A stretch of 64,000 nucleotides of DNA from Octopus vulgaris (Eukaryota): NCBI GenBank assembly GCA_951406725.2, contig OX597832.1:14322001-14386000 (forward strand), written 5' to 3'. The notes beneath the pieces were generated by a model. That model saw only the letters and a program-made list of their open reading frames with translations, was not told where the DNA came from and did no database searches. Shown here in pieces: positions 16,176 to 30,042 of this stretch (position 1 is the first letter of the stretch; every line of letters begins with the position of its first letter). The position numbers and the translations under genes were made by a program.

Positions 16176-17297
16176 ATATTAATGTGTCCTACTTGAATAC
16201 AGTATGTTAATTTTTATTTTTATTATCACGTATCTGGTGTTAAACTGAAATTTTTTGCTGCCTCACATATGTAACTTCATCTCCACTTACATTGTATTGA
16301 TCTATTTATCTATCCCTCTCACTCTTTTTTACCTCCCTGCCTCCCCTCTTTGTTACACCTCTTCCTTTATATCTAAATTGACCTCTCCTTATTGACAACG
16401 ATCCTTTTATTTCCTCATTTGTATTTATATCGATTTATCACCTATTTCTCTCATCTCCACATTCGACTCTGTATTTCCATTTATATTGATCTCATTCTCT
16501 TTCTCTTTCGCTCATCTTCTCACCCTGCTTTCTCTCTCTGACTCTCACCTTCTCTCCCTCATCTCTCTCACTCTTTCTTTCTATTTCTCTCTCCCCATCT
16601 CTCTTTCTGCATATCTATCTCTATTTTTCCAGCTTTCTTTACCTTTCTATCTCATCAATGTCGACCTCAGGAAAGCCATCCACATTAAACCTAGAGAATA
16701 AAGCATAATTTCTAGGGACAAGAATATTCTAGATACTCCACGAGCAAAAATCTCAACAGGTAAATGATAGTGGAAAAGCCATATCTCAAACACAATGTTT
16801 GAGATAGAAAGTGAAACACATCACACCCATGAAAGGGAAATGACGGAGAAAGAGGCCAATGATGTAGAAAATGTAAAGACAAACTATAAAGCCTTCTATT
16901 CATCGGCAATATAGTCTATTTCAGTACGACAGAAGATCGGACTATTACTAGTGGTACACAGATCAGAGTGCAGAAATTCTGAGAATAAACGAAATAGTGA
17001 ATCTACGAGTCAAGAGTTTGTTCACAATCCCATTGTGACACTTACAAATAGCTATTTCTTCGGAACCACAACTATGCACAAAGAGGTTACAATTATTGAT
17101 TACACCAAAAATAAGGAAATTGATGTAATATAAGCCATTGATGAAATAGGGTTAAACACAGAGCCAAAGCCAGTTGCCTTCCCGCTATTGCTCTTAAATT
17201 AGTATAAGAGGTTGGGAGGGAGGCTTTATACCACACACTGATTTCTGTGCTTATGTATCTATATCTATCTATCAACCTCTCTCTCTCTCTCTCTTTC

Positions 17298-17346
<49 letters not shown>

Positions 17347-17467
17347 GAGGGAAATTCAAAAATTATCCACCCTTTCTCCATAACATATTTAATATTGACA
17401 CCCTAACTTCTGCACATCGTTGTGGCTCCAGCATGGCTGCAGTCAAATGACTAAAACAAATAATAGA

Positions 17468-17519
<52 letters not shown>

Positions 17520-18272
17520 GTGTGTGTGTGTGTGTGTGTGTACCTTGATAGGTTTTGGCCAGTATTGACCCATTGAAGTCACGTGATGGCTATTTGAGCC
17601 TGCTCGCGCCATTTTTTTCTTTCTGGCTTTACAGTTGGAGTATGGCCGCTCCACTACTCATTAATGTGCATGAAAGAAGAACGAAGAACAGTGATCCGAC
17701 TCCTTGTCCGAGGCGGTGGTAGTTGTCCTGAAGATATCATTGTCTGCGTTAGTATCTTGAGTAACAATTTAAATATAATATTAAAAGGATCAATAATATA
17801 GGAAATTGATCCCCCCCCCCAAGCAAAAAGTATTAAATAGTTGAAGGTATAAAATTAATCAAAGGACATACAAAGTATGTCTACCTGCTGGAAAAATAGT
17901 CAAAACTCATATTTGAATCGCCAAAATATACCGATAATAACTGCAGATATCAACTGTCCAGGGGCAAACAATTTAAGACAATCTCCCAAAGTGCATTTCG
18001 TTTCACGTGGACCGGTTCCTGCACTGGCAAAATAGGCCCTACTCCCTCAGTACACGTTACCATGACAGAGACCCTCAAACTGTCGTGTTGAAGTCTGTGC
18101 TACAACTGATTCGCTTTGCACCGACATCATGGCAGCCACCAGTGTAAAATAGTTTCGATATGGAGCCTATAATTTACGAAGAAAAAATTTGCGAAAATAT
18201 CATTGACTCTGTTATTATCTAGTGTAACAATTTAAACATAATAATAACTGAATCAATATTGTAGGCGATATT

Positions 18273-18338
<66 letters not shown>

Positions 18339-18904
18339 GAATATTTCGGTGTTTTTAAACCGTATATATATTGATACTGATCACAACCATGCCACGCCTA
18401 TTATCAGCCGAACTTCGTAGCGTTACAGACTTTAGTTCCCATTTATACTATGTGAATGCTAAATTGGGAATCGGCTATAACATTTAACAATACATTCTTG
18501 GCATTTTACATTCACTAAATCATCATGTGTCTCATAAACTTGTGTATATTGGAGGTACACACAGTGGAGTATTTCAATTTCACATCAGTGTCCAAATTAC
18601 TATTGCTCTTATATTGTGCTTCTGGAAAACTGTATTCCATTGCAGCTCTCTCTCTCTCTATATATATATATACAATATTTATTTCTGAGTGATAATTTGT
18701 ACTTTTATGTTTTTCGGTACGGTAACGTTGTAGAAGTACTGTGGGGGTACCTTATGTGCTGCTGTGTAAAAGGTATTGTCGGATTTGAAGCTTACTTAAA
18801 AAGAAACACCACAAATTCACCTTGGCATTCATTTTAATCCCTTTACAGGTGTGCTTGTGCAAAGGGATTCTAAGTCTGTGTAGAATCAACAGGTGTAATG
18901 ATAA

Positions 18905-18944
<40 letters not shown>

Positions 18945-20004
18945 TAATTTATTTCCATTCCATGGGAAATCTTGGAAATGCACGGCCGCTTAGCGGTATC
19001 CTTCGTATTACTCTCTCGTGGGTAAGAGTTTATTTTTAATTCGATTTCCAGCTAATGTGGTTGTACACTGTTTTCCTTATTTCCATTGCCCTCCGTGTGT
19101 TTTGTGAATATTACTGAATTTGCGTGCAACAATGTGTATATTTGTTTTATGAGCATTAAGTGCGTTTAAGTTATTGCGTGAAAGTAACAATTACATTTGA
19201 TGTTCTTGTTAATGGCGCTTTCGGCTTTAGGCTTTGTATTTGTAGTTTATGATATTCACCTTCTTTGTTTTGTTATTTTGTGAAGTACTGGCTTTTTTCT
19301 TTGTTGTTGTACTCTAAGTTGTTTTGTTTATTCTAATTCGTATCACCAGCATCAACAACATCACGATTGTAATTTTCAACGATCCTCCGCCACCCACAAC
19401 TCCCCCTCATCATCATAATAATTGCCATCGTTGAAAGTAACACACCATAGTGCGTTTGGTTGTTGTTTACCAAAATTTAGGCACCATGCCTAGACATGAA
19501 ATATTAAACTAGACTCTAGTAATGTCAACAAACAATATATATGTAGATGATATATGGCTAGAAATTTTATAATTTCTTTGCGAACCTGGAAATATTCCCA
19601 GTTAATTTCGTATGATGATATATGTAAGAACGGAGTGCATTATAGACATAAGCAATTGCTTTGAAAAATATTTCAACTGACATTTTACAAAATGTTATAG
19701 ATGGAGAACTACTTAAATTATAATACAAATTTTTCTTGAACAATGCTCGCAGACACTGAAACACACAAAATTGCACGCAAACACAGACATTCGTATATAT
19801 GTATATAGTGAAGTGTGCGTGTGTGAGCATAAATTGCACACAGGTATTCACACAAACCAACATGCATGTATGCACACACAATATATTAAATATAATTGAA
19901 ATATATGTATGATTATACATGTATATATATAGACATAAAAACACACACACACACATATATATCTATTATACTTCGTATATATATGTATGTATATATATGT
20001 CTGT

Positions 20005-20083
<79 letters not shown>

Positions 20084-20203
20084 AATCAAGGAACGGCCCT
20101 AATAGGCCATTCACCCACTAGAAATAACAGCCAAAGCTTCAACCGCAAAATAACATTAATTCCGCAAACCAGGAGAAAATTAAAAAAACATTTACCCTGT
20201 AGT

Positions 20204-20306
20204 TTCTTATACGATGCACCGTTTCATCTATTGTTTAATGGTAAACTAACCTGATTAAATTAAATCAAGCCAATCTTCCATAGGCCGATAGATTCGTCAG
20301 TAAGAA
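20204..20306 (-). ncRNA. Type I hammerhead ribozyme (left-arm copy)
   Basis: Reverse complement of the 20531-20633 motif. Confidence 0.85.
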
Positions 20307-20530
20307 GCAGCCAGATCGGAACAGATATTATCACGAGGCACTTCCATCCCTGCCTCGGCAATATCTGACCTAAAATTTTCAAATCATCGCACTCGCGCCA
20401 AATTTATCGGCAGCAAATAAATATAAGCCGCCGATTCCATCGCGAGTGCGATGATTTGAAAATTTTAGGTCAGATATTGCCGAGCAGGGATGGAAGTGCC
20501 TCGTGATAATATCTGTTCCGATCTGGCTGC

Positions 20531-20633
20531 TTCTTACTGACGAATCTATCGGCCTATGGAAGATTGGCTTGATTTAATTTAATCAGGTTAGTTTACCATT
20601 AAACAATAGATGAAACGGTGCATCGTATAAGAA
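20531..20633 (+). ncRNA. Type I hammerhead ribozyme with large structured loop 2
   Basis: Stem I UUCUUA/UAAGAA, core CUGACGA, stem II AUCUAU/AUAGAU, GAAA, stem III CGG-UGCA-UCG, GUA cleavage triplet (predicted cut after 20627). Confidence 0.85.
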
Positions 20634-20859
20634 ACTACAGGGTAAATGTTTTTTTTAATTTTCTCCTGGTTTGCGGAATTAATGTTATTTTGCGGTTGAA
20701 GCTTTGGCTGTTATTTCTAGTGGGTGAATGGCCTATTATGGCCGTTCCTTGATTGTGATGTTGAACTTATAAATGGTCTATGACTATTTAATTTTTTCCC
20801 ACTAGGCCGCTGGTGGCAAAAAAATTCTACAAAATTTTTTGCCACCCTATATTGATTAA

Positions 20860-20982
<123 letters not shown>

Positions 20983-21084
20983 AATATAGATAGATAGATA
21001 GATAGATAGACAGATAGATAGGTAGATATATATAGATATATAGCTTTATAGGTATATATGTATACATATTGTTCGTTTTTGTTC

Positions 21085-21644
21085 AATCTTTGCCTCCATT
21101 GCCTGCAGGATTGTCATTTATTAAGCGTACAATCGCAGTTTCTTTTGTGGGACCGCATCTACTTTTGAACGTGGAGGCTCAAACTGTCTGGCAGCAGTTC
21201 GGATGGTCTTTGTGAGAGAACGAGAGCAGGTTTCTCTCACACGATCATTAATGTCCTCAAATGTCCTTGGTAACCAACTCCTCTTTCTGTATAACACTGA
21301 CTGTCCTTGCCTCTATAAATTTCTTGTGCCATGAACGAATGAACAGACGTGATGGTGTATCTCTTCCATACTTTGTTCTGTAGTTTCATTGAATCTGCGT
21401 ATCAGATATTGTCTCAGTAAACCATGATACACGTTCTGCCCTATCTTGGGAAGTAGCCGTTTCTTAGTAGTCCATTCAAAAATATGCCACTTTAAACTGC
21501 AGTATGCCTGACACACAAAAATGTAATGAGAGTAAAATCTTTGAAAACGACTGACTACAATAGAATAAGTCCGATTAAAACATCTTATAAATTCATTTGT
21601 ATTAAACGTTTTAAATTGCAAAACGACTTTATGGACACGCTGTA
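21085..21644 (-). pseudogene. 5' remnant of a Tc1/mariner-like element
   Basis: TIR-like end GGACACGCTGTA; HTH-region-like translation fragments on the minus strand. Confidence 0.4.
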
Positions 21645-21697
21645 TGTACTTTCATATATATATTTATTCACATATACATGTAAATGCTTATATAAAT

Positions 21698-21792
<95 letters not shown>

Positions 21793-22714
21793 CACATATC
21801 TGTGTGTGTGTGTGTGAGTGTATTGAAGTATACATTTACACTCATGCGCACACATACAGATGTATATATATATCAACCTACCTATCTATCTATATAGATA
21901 TGTGTGTATTCATACATATATATACATACATACACACACACACAACCATATATATATATATACATAGAATGATAATGAGTGATAAACAGTTATAAAGAGG
22001 AAAAATATCTAAACATGAGAAATTCACTTATGCTGATAGATTGAATTTTTTAGTATGTGCAACAACTGGGCATTTTGTTGGTACTTCTTCATGTGTACGG
22101 TATGCGTACAGTTCGCATCTCCATATATATATGTAAATATGTATGATTGTAAAATATATTTTATAGTTGTATATGGGTTATACTTTGTACAACACAATAC
22201 GAATATTCATTTTTTTATACTTGACTTCTATTCTACCTATGAGATCTTCCGTAAGCATGAAAACAAAATAGGGTCATATATTCACTAACAAAACTAAAGA
22301 TATTATATTCAAACATGGAACTTTTATTTCTGAATTTACTGCATCAGGCACATTTGAAACACTCCTCAAAAAAACGATATATTAGAACATCTGAGGTAAT
22401 GTTCAAAGCTTACTATTAAATTATGTGTTCCACATTCTTCATATTCGGGTTTGTTGATAATCTGAGAAATTTGCAGTGGTTTGTTTTATTTGGAAGATAA
22501 CAATTTTTATGAATGTAATACCATCTGTATTATATTGACAATGATCAAACGCTTACTGTTTTATATTTACTGTGTTATATTTCAACTCATATATTATGTC
22601 AGTGTGTCAGGGAGCACAACACATAGACACAGCTGTTTAAATATGACATTGGTTGTCTTACGAAAACATTACAACTATATTCTTTTTTACTCTATGCTCA
22701 AGGACCAACATATA

Positions 22715-23281
22715 GGGGGAGGTTGCCAGTCGCTTAAGTCGATCTCAGTACGCAACTTAATTTATCGACCTTGAAAGGATCAAAGGCAGACTTGACTTCG
22801 GGGAAATTTGAACTCAGAACATAAACACAGACGTGATACCGTTAAGCATTTCACCCGAGATGCTAACGTTTCTTATTTCTTTATTGTCCACAAAGGGGCT
22901 AAACATAGAAGAGACAAAGAAGGACAGACAAAGTGATTAAGACGATTACATCGACTCCAGTGTAAAACTGGTACTTGATTAATCGACCCCAAAGGCAAAG
23001 TCGACCTCGGCGGAATTTGAACTCAAAAAGTAACGGCTGACGAAATACCTATTTCTTTACTACCCACAAGGGGCTAAACACAGACAGGACAAACAAGGAC
23101 AGACAAATGGGTTAAGTCGATAGTAGCGACCCCGGTGCGTAACTGTTACTTATTTAATCAACCCCGAAAGGATAAAAGTCAAAGTCGACCTCGGCGGAAT
23201 TTGAACTCAGAACGTAACGGCATACGAAATACCGCTAAGCATTTTAGTGTACGTGTTAACGATTATGCCAGCTCGCCACCT
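22715..23281 (-). mobile_element. Tandem or nested tRNA-derived SINE copies (same family as 1040-1404)
   Basis: Three GACYTCGG.GAATTTGAACTC B-box blocks; head GGTGGCGAGCTGGC on the minus strand. Confidence 0.75.
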
Positions 23282-23462
23282 GGTGATATTTGTATTCTAC
23301 TGATCAGCGGATGCTTGACCTCTGCGTATCTTTGCTCATTCATAGACTTTGTATCACTTGAAAATCAAACATTTCAAGATTTTACCAGATCGATGCGCAC
23401 AAACATGGTAAACCCCACCAGAAATCATCAGAAAATTATTCAATGATTTTCTATATATATAT

Positions 23463-23518
<56 letters not shown>

Positions 23519-23522
23519 TATT

Positions 23523-23553
<31 letters not shown>

Positions 23554-24659
23554 AAACATATACACACACATATATATATTTATATACTTATATATTTATA
23601 TAATTATGCATGTTTTGCTAATATATTAAAATTTATCTATTAGTACGTGCACAAATGCAGTCTCACTCCAAATTGGACGAACATTTACACACGCACAATT
23701 ACACACACACCGATACGAAGCCAAATACACACAGAAACACTCACAAGAACACACACATACATACATACATATATACATACATAATACACACACACACACA
23801 CATATATATGTTTATATAGTGATGAAGGAGACGGTAGGGGCAACCACCAGTAAAGAAGTACGTTTCTACATTTATATGCATTAGTGCCCATCAAGAAGCG
23901 GATTAAAATATTCTCTCATTGAATCAATAAGATACAATATTCATTCAGTAATTGATTTATGTGCCAAAATATATGGGTTGGAGCCCCGCGAAGAATAAAC
24001 ACTCCGCCATTTTACTTATGGCGTGACTAGAAGTGTATGAGTTATAAACGTACGCTAACAAATTACACGTATAGATATTCAGCAACTAGAAACGCTACAA
24101 TACGTATAATAGATGTTCCACTAAGAGAAGAAATAACTGCATATGTAGCCGTATCCAACGTGTTCATATGTTGTGTAATTCCTTTTCATTCAAGTCATAG
24201 AATTAGAAATGTATGTTGACCAGCCAATTTTCTATATTCAGATTTAACTACTTTTGATAATTATTGAGTTGATCACTAGAAATTAGAAACCTCTAAAATT
24301 TACAAGGTAGACCAACCCAATACGTAATGGATGCGTTTAACTCATACATTTATATATCCTCTAGTAACCAAAGAGAAAAAGAAACATATACACTTATTAA
24401 CTGAATATATTTTTTTATTTAGAATGACCCCGGGAATATAAAGCACTCTCCAATCCCGAACATAATTAGAGGTAAAACGTAAAAGTTTGCATATTATCTT
24501 CCAACGGCAAATCACCCAATGAATGTAGAGTATAGTCACGGGGTTCGGGCTAAATTTGACAGTTTGATTGTAAGGAAAATAAAACAAAATATTCCATTCA
24601 GATATTAAGTATTTAAAACTCAGAACATATATGTCTGTGTGTGCGTGTGTTTTTTTATG

Positions 24660-24750
<91 letters not shown>

Positions 24751-24769
24751 ATTTATTTTTGTGTCTGTG

Positions 24770-24950
24770 TTTGTCCCCACCATCAATTGGCAACCGATGT
24801 TGGTGCGCTTACTTACCCGTAACTTAGCGTTTCGACAAAAGAGACCGATAGTATAAGTACTTGGCATACAAATAATAAGTCCTAGGGTTGATTATTTCGA
24901 ATTAATGCGGTGCTCGAGCATGGCCGCTGTCAAATAACTGAAACATGTAA
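24770..24950 (+). mobile_element. SINE 3' fragment
   Basis: CCCGTAACTTAGCG...GAGACCGATAGTATAAGTAC...GCATGGCCGCTGTCAAAT. Confidence 0.65.
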
Positions 24951-25249
24951 AATAATATATACATATAGTATACAAATATCAAGTCCTGGTAGGGTACAAT
25001 GATAGTTTTTTTGGGGTTTTTTTTAACGCAGCGCCTCACTCTATGTCCACTCTATCTGCTCTGTTGGAATTCATGACAGTACTGACTTTCTGAATGTGTA
25101 GAAAAATCCTGGATTTCCGACCGTATAAATGTCGTGTGTTTCAGCTAAGAGTAAAATATTTCGGAATAAGAAGTAGCTGCACTCACCTTCCACCTCAGCT
25201 TCAAGGTAGCTCCGAAAAATGGTGCGCGCCATATTCGAACATCTCTTTT

Positions 25250-25400
25250 AGCGTCATCACTGACCCCAGCTAGGGTGTTTATGATAAGGATGGTTAGTGT
25301 CCTTTTGAACAGCACCCCGAATATAGTAATCCACCGGATTATAATCAGAAAGAGTTACGATACCAAAAACTGGGACTGATGACCTCGTAGATTTCTTTCC
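25250..25400 (-). pseudogene. Tc1/mariner C-terminal fragment
   Basis: SDYNPVDYYIRGAVQKDTN resembles SPDLNPLDYYVWG.VE..TN. Confidence 0.55.
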
Positions 25401-27040
25401 ATCAACCACAGTTGAACTCGCTACGGAGGTTTGGTAAAGAACCGAGTAGTGTAGACACACTATATGGCCTTCCAGGTGCAAATCATTCCAGCTAGGGAAC
25501 AACCTGTCTTCATCAGCTTCACATAGCCGTCAGAATTGTTCAATGATTTGAGGATGTGTTCTGACCGGTGGAGGTGCAAAAACGCTTGCTCTGTCCTTTC
25601 CTGATGGAGAAGACCTCGTCCCGTTTTACAGACTATAAAGTTTTTACAGAGTATTGAGCAACCCCCAAGATGTCAACTTCTTGATACACGTCGCGAAATA
25701 TCAATTTCCGATATTCACATGGCTTCCCGGTACTCTACGAAAGCTTTTACAAAACTAAGATTTTGATGATCTCCAACGCCGCTGCTGAATAAAGGAGGGA
25801 TAAAGCCGTCGCATTTAGCCTGCAAAATCTGTACATTTTATATGGGCATTAATTTCTATCGTTAGTATTTTCAGAGGTCTGTCTTCAGACCATTTCTGAT
25901 AGTTTGAATCATTTTCCTAAACATTATACTGCTCATCATTCTTTTATGAGCAATGGTCTCATGATCATTATATCAGAAAGTCAAATCGAAGAGAAAAGGT
26001 TTTAGTTAAGGGATCTGGGACTTCTCGTTCTCGAAATGCGACAGATGAGTCAACCACGTTGACTTTATTTGCGTGGTATGATCAATGTGGTAATAAAATT
26101 TACACATCAGAGTAGAGGAAGTCATTCAGTAATTTACGTTATAATCCTAGCAATGTAAATAGCCAATAAGATTTTCCTTCATTGAAGCAGATCTTCAACT
26201 TCTTTCTGCGAGGAGGAAATTATTTTTGCAGGAAAATTGCGCACTTTGATCTTCAATAATTCACAATATATGCATCGGCAATGATTACATTGATCAAAGA
26301 TTTTCCGGCCAATGTATGGCAATATAGGTATAATGAATTTTCTTTCCACTCATCTGTTTCTGATCAACAAATTACTAACCATATAAATCGATTTAAGGAA
26401 GTGAAACATTTCTCCATTTCACGGAAACGTAGCGTAATTTGATTGACTGTGATCCTCATTACATATTGCAGTTTCTGATATTGACAACCAAATTGGAGCG
26501 AGACTATAAATTAGCTTTCATCTCTGCTACTCACATCCAACATTCCAGTGGATGTCACATCTCTCTGACTCGCTCACTTTCTCCCACCCATTCTCTCGCT
26601 CTCATTCTCTATATGTACACACACACATATATAGGTAGCCAGATAGGTTGAAAAATGGTGGAAGCGTGTGCAGTATGTATATGCTTATGTGTATACATAT
26701 TTCTTTCGTATATAATAGTGTATAAGTATTTATACACAAAGAGGTGATCCTTGACAGGATGCCTTACATGCTAGAAAGGGCAGCCAAACCCAAAGCACGG
26801 AAAAATGTAATTCCAATGAGATTGAAAAAAAAAATGATTTATAGTTAAGTGATATGCAGGGTGGTGGGGCGATAGAATGGTTGTATACTGTCAATCTAAC
26901 GTGAACGTGACAGTAGGGGATTACTCACCGCTGTTTAGCCCTAGGAAGCATCGACACTTCTGATGGTTTCGACACATTTTTTCCTGTGTCCTTATATATT
27001 TACGAAGGGGAGACAAACACCCCCTGCAGCCAGGCCTGTA

Positions 27041-27087
27041 TCTAGAGACACGCATGTTTCAGGATATTTGTCCATCATCGGTCTAGA
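27041..27087 (-). ncRNA. Type I hammerhead ribozyme, U4C core variant
   Basis: Minus strand UCUAGA-CCGAUGA-U-GGA-CAAAUA-UCC-U-GAAA-CAUGCGUG-UC-UCUAGA: 6-bp stem I, short stem II, near-palindromic stem III, GUC triplet. Confidence 0.75.
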
Positions 27088-27344
27088 GTAGCAGACGCCC
27101 GCCAGCCGCAGATATCTGTCCCGACCTCGGAAATATATATCTAATTTTCAGTGAAGTTTATTCACTGATTACCAAAATCAGAAATACTAAATTTCTAAAT
27201 ATCTCATAGAGATATGTACGGTGGTAGGGCGACAGAAAGGTTGTATACTGTCAATCAAACGTGAACGTGAATAAACGTCACTGAAAATTAGATATATATT
27301 TGCGAGGTCGGGACAGATATCTGCGGCTGGCGGGCGTCTGCTAC

Positions 27345-27391
27345 TCTAGACCGATGATGGACAAAGATCCTGAAACATGCGTGTCGTTAGA
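27345..27391 (+). ncRNA. Type I hammerhead ribozyme (right-arm copy, stem I partly mutated)
   Basis: TCTAGA-CCGATGA-TGGACAAAGATCCT-GAAA-CATGCGTG-TC-GTTAGA. Confidence 0.6.
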
Positions 27392-29596
27392 AGCAGGCCT
27401 GGCTGCTGGGGGTGTTTGTCTCCCCTTCGTAAATATATAAGGACACAGGAAAAAATGTGTCGAAGCCATCAGGAAGCGTCGATGTTTCCTAGTGCTAAAC
27501 AGCGGTGGTGTAATCCCCTACCGTCACGTTCACGTTAGATTGACAGTATACAATCATTCTATATCTTGTATTAATGAACAAATAAATTGATTTGCCATCC
27601 GTACTTCGTCAGTGGGATCGCTAATACAGTGCATAACTATGTAGCTAATACGTACCGAAAATACAACTGTGTGCTACATACTTTTACATTATGTTTCAAT
27701 TCAACCGCTCAGGCGCAGTAACATAGTTAGGAGCAAACAATAAAATTAAAATTGCGTATCAAAATGCTGTAAAATTATGAACATTTTACTGTGAAAATTA
27801 TAAGGGTAGAACATTTAGATAAAATTTCAAACCGAAAGCTATCTTGCGTTATAAAAGCCAGTAGACAACATATTTTCATATATGAGTGTTTATAAGTATT
27901 TATACACAGAGAGGTGATCATTCACAGCTACATAATTATACATTGTCTTAGCGACACCACCGACGAATTACAGATGATAAATTGACTTATATATAAAATT
28001 CCTAGAATACTTTTTCATTTATTTAGATACCAAAACGAACATCTCGACCTAACAAATTTATATCGCTCGGAAACGATATCAAGGGACTATATTAGCGACT
28101 CAAACCATGCATTTGGTTTTAATTTTGTTGTTTATATATGTTAAGTACCTCCTGCAAGAATACTGATGTTTTGGCCTGGAATTTTATTTGTAAGATTCTG
28201 CATAAAAAAATGTCTGCCCAAATCGAAAGTAAAACCTTTTCATCCATACCGCTAAGTCGTACATTTAGAAGCCATAGAATCTTCCATTTACAAGTTCCAT
28301 ACAATATAGAAAACAGATCTACCACATCTGCATTGACATTAGGAATCTAATCGCATTCTCTGAGGAATATGATACCTTTGTATGCTGACGACTGTTAGTT
28401 GTTCTTCTTATGGTGTTCAGGTACATTCAAACGGAAATTTCCGTAATAACATTATCGTACCTGTACTTGTATCATCTTATCACAGTGACCTAGGATATCT
28501 TTTCAAATCGTGGTTTATACTGCATTGAGTTTTCCAACTGTTTGCGTGCTAGATCTCCGAAATTTGTGCGGAAGTTAAGATTATTTGTGTTTGGCAAAAG
28601 TTTACACTTCTTTTTATCGCGATATTTACTGGCTTTTAAAGATCTTCAAACCTCTAGACAGGATAACTAGGAAATACATCGTAAGTCTTGTTGACATAAA
28701 AATGCAGATTGCCCGTATATACTTACAATCTGTTCATATCGGTCATATGACCTTTGTTGTGATACATCAACATTAAAGATATGTAACCCACCTAATTGTT
28801 TGTCGACAAATATGAGTGCCTAAGTCTCAGATAGACATTTAGCATAGTGCTTGCTTCATCGCGCGTTGCTTCAAATGCTGGTTGCAGTAAACCTACCACC
28901 AACATCCTACCAACATAGTGCGGGTTAATACAAGAAAGAAATATTCTAAAAAAGCAAATATCATTTGATTCTTGAAGGATTCTGTCCAAATGACCTGAGC
29001 AGAACAACAGACGTCTAAAACACGTAAAGAAAGGTGACTTCCTTTGTACGTATTAAGTTGTCTTTGAACATCAAATGAAGTGGACATTCCCTGCCTGCTA
29101 ACAAGCAATACGTTGTGTGTAGCAGAGCAGACCAATATTAAACATAGTTTATTCAAATAAACAAAATATATGGTAGTACTGTGTAATTTCATTTCTAATT
29201 TCATTAATGTTTATGTATATGTACACTCATTATACATTTCGATATAACCTAGAATGTTCAACTCCGATAGGCCACCAGTGGGTACAAAATTTTCATCTCA
29301 TAGAGAAGATGATTTAGTTACTGAATTATGGGTTGACATATGACCATGTGTAATTACACAATATTTATTATTTCCGGAAAAGATTCTATCGTAAATAGAT
29401 ACGAAGTATACAACTGCATTATAATATGATAGGAAAACAATCTAAATCGTTTTATTACTAATATAAATGTGCTTCTCTATTGTCCGGCTCTTTAATTAAT
29501 GTTTGTATTGTAGTAAATGATTTCACACACAAATAGAAATGAATATCTATATATACATATCTAAGTTGTGCTTATTAGTATATAATCGTAATACAA

Positions 29597-29628
<32 letters not shown>

Positions 29629-29988
29629 GCACATATAGATACATAATCATATACGCATACATATATGTGTATATATGTATATTTATTATATGTATGAGTG
29701 TGTGAAGTGCGTGTTTATGTGCATGTATGTATGTGTGTGTTTGTGTGTTTATGTGTGTGTGTTAGACCAGCACACGCAATGAATACGAACTACTTCAGAT
29801 ACAAATTTGCTGTGAATACCATGAAAAATGCCCATGGTCTGCACACTGATTCCTTGGAGGGCATTTAAGCCGTTTAACATTGAGTGTTTATAAGCCATTA
29901 GTTTCAATAAACGGTGCGATAAAATGCAAGAGCCTGTTAAATTAGTCTTCATTTATGTAGACACGCTATCACTCACGCATTAATCGAA

Positions 29989-30042
<54 letters not shown>

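Larger units (their letters stand above)
26872..27562. mobile_element. Second non-coding fold-back element: inverted arms 26872-27165 and 27267-27562
   Basis: The arms are reverse complements with scattered substitutions; the spacer contains a direct copy (27211-27270) of 26851-26910. Confidence 0.88.

Noticed and set aside
20079-20759. Interpretation as a DNA-transposon MITE
   Set aside because: The asymmetric right extension and the embedded ribozymes fit a PLE or retrozyme origin better, although a MITE is not formally excluded.
26040-26070. CAGATGA-GTCAAC-CAC-GTTGAC hairpin resembling a hammerhead half
   Set aside because: No GAAA or stem III follows.
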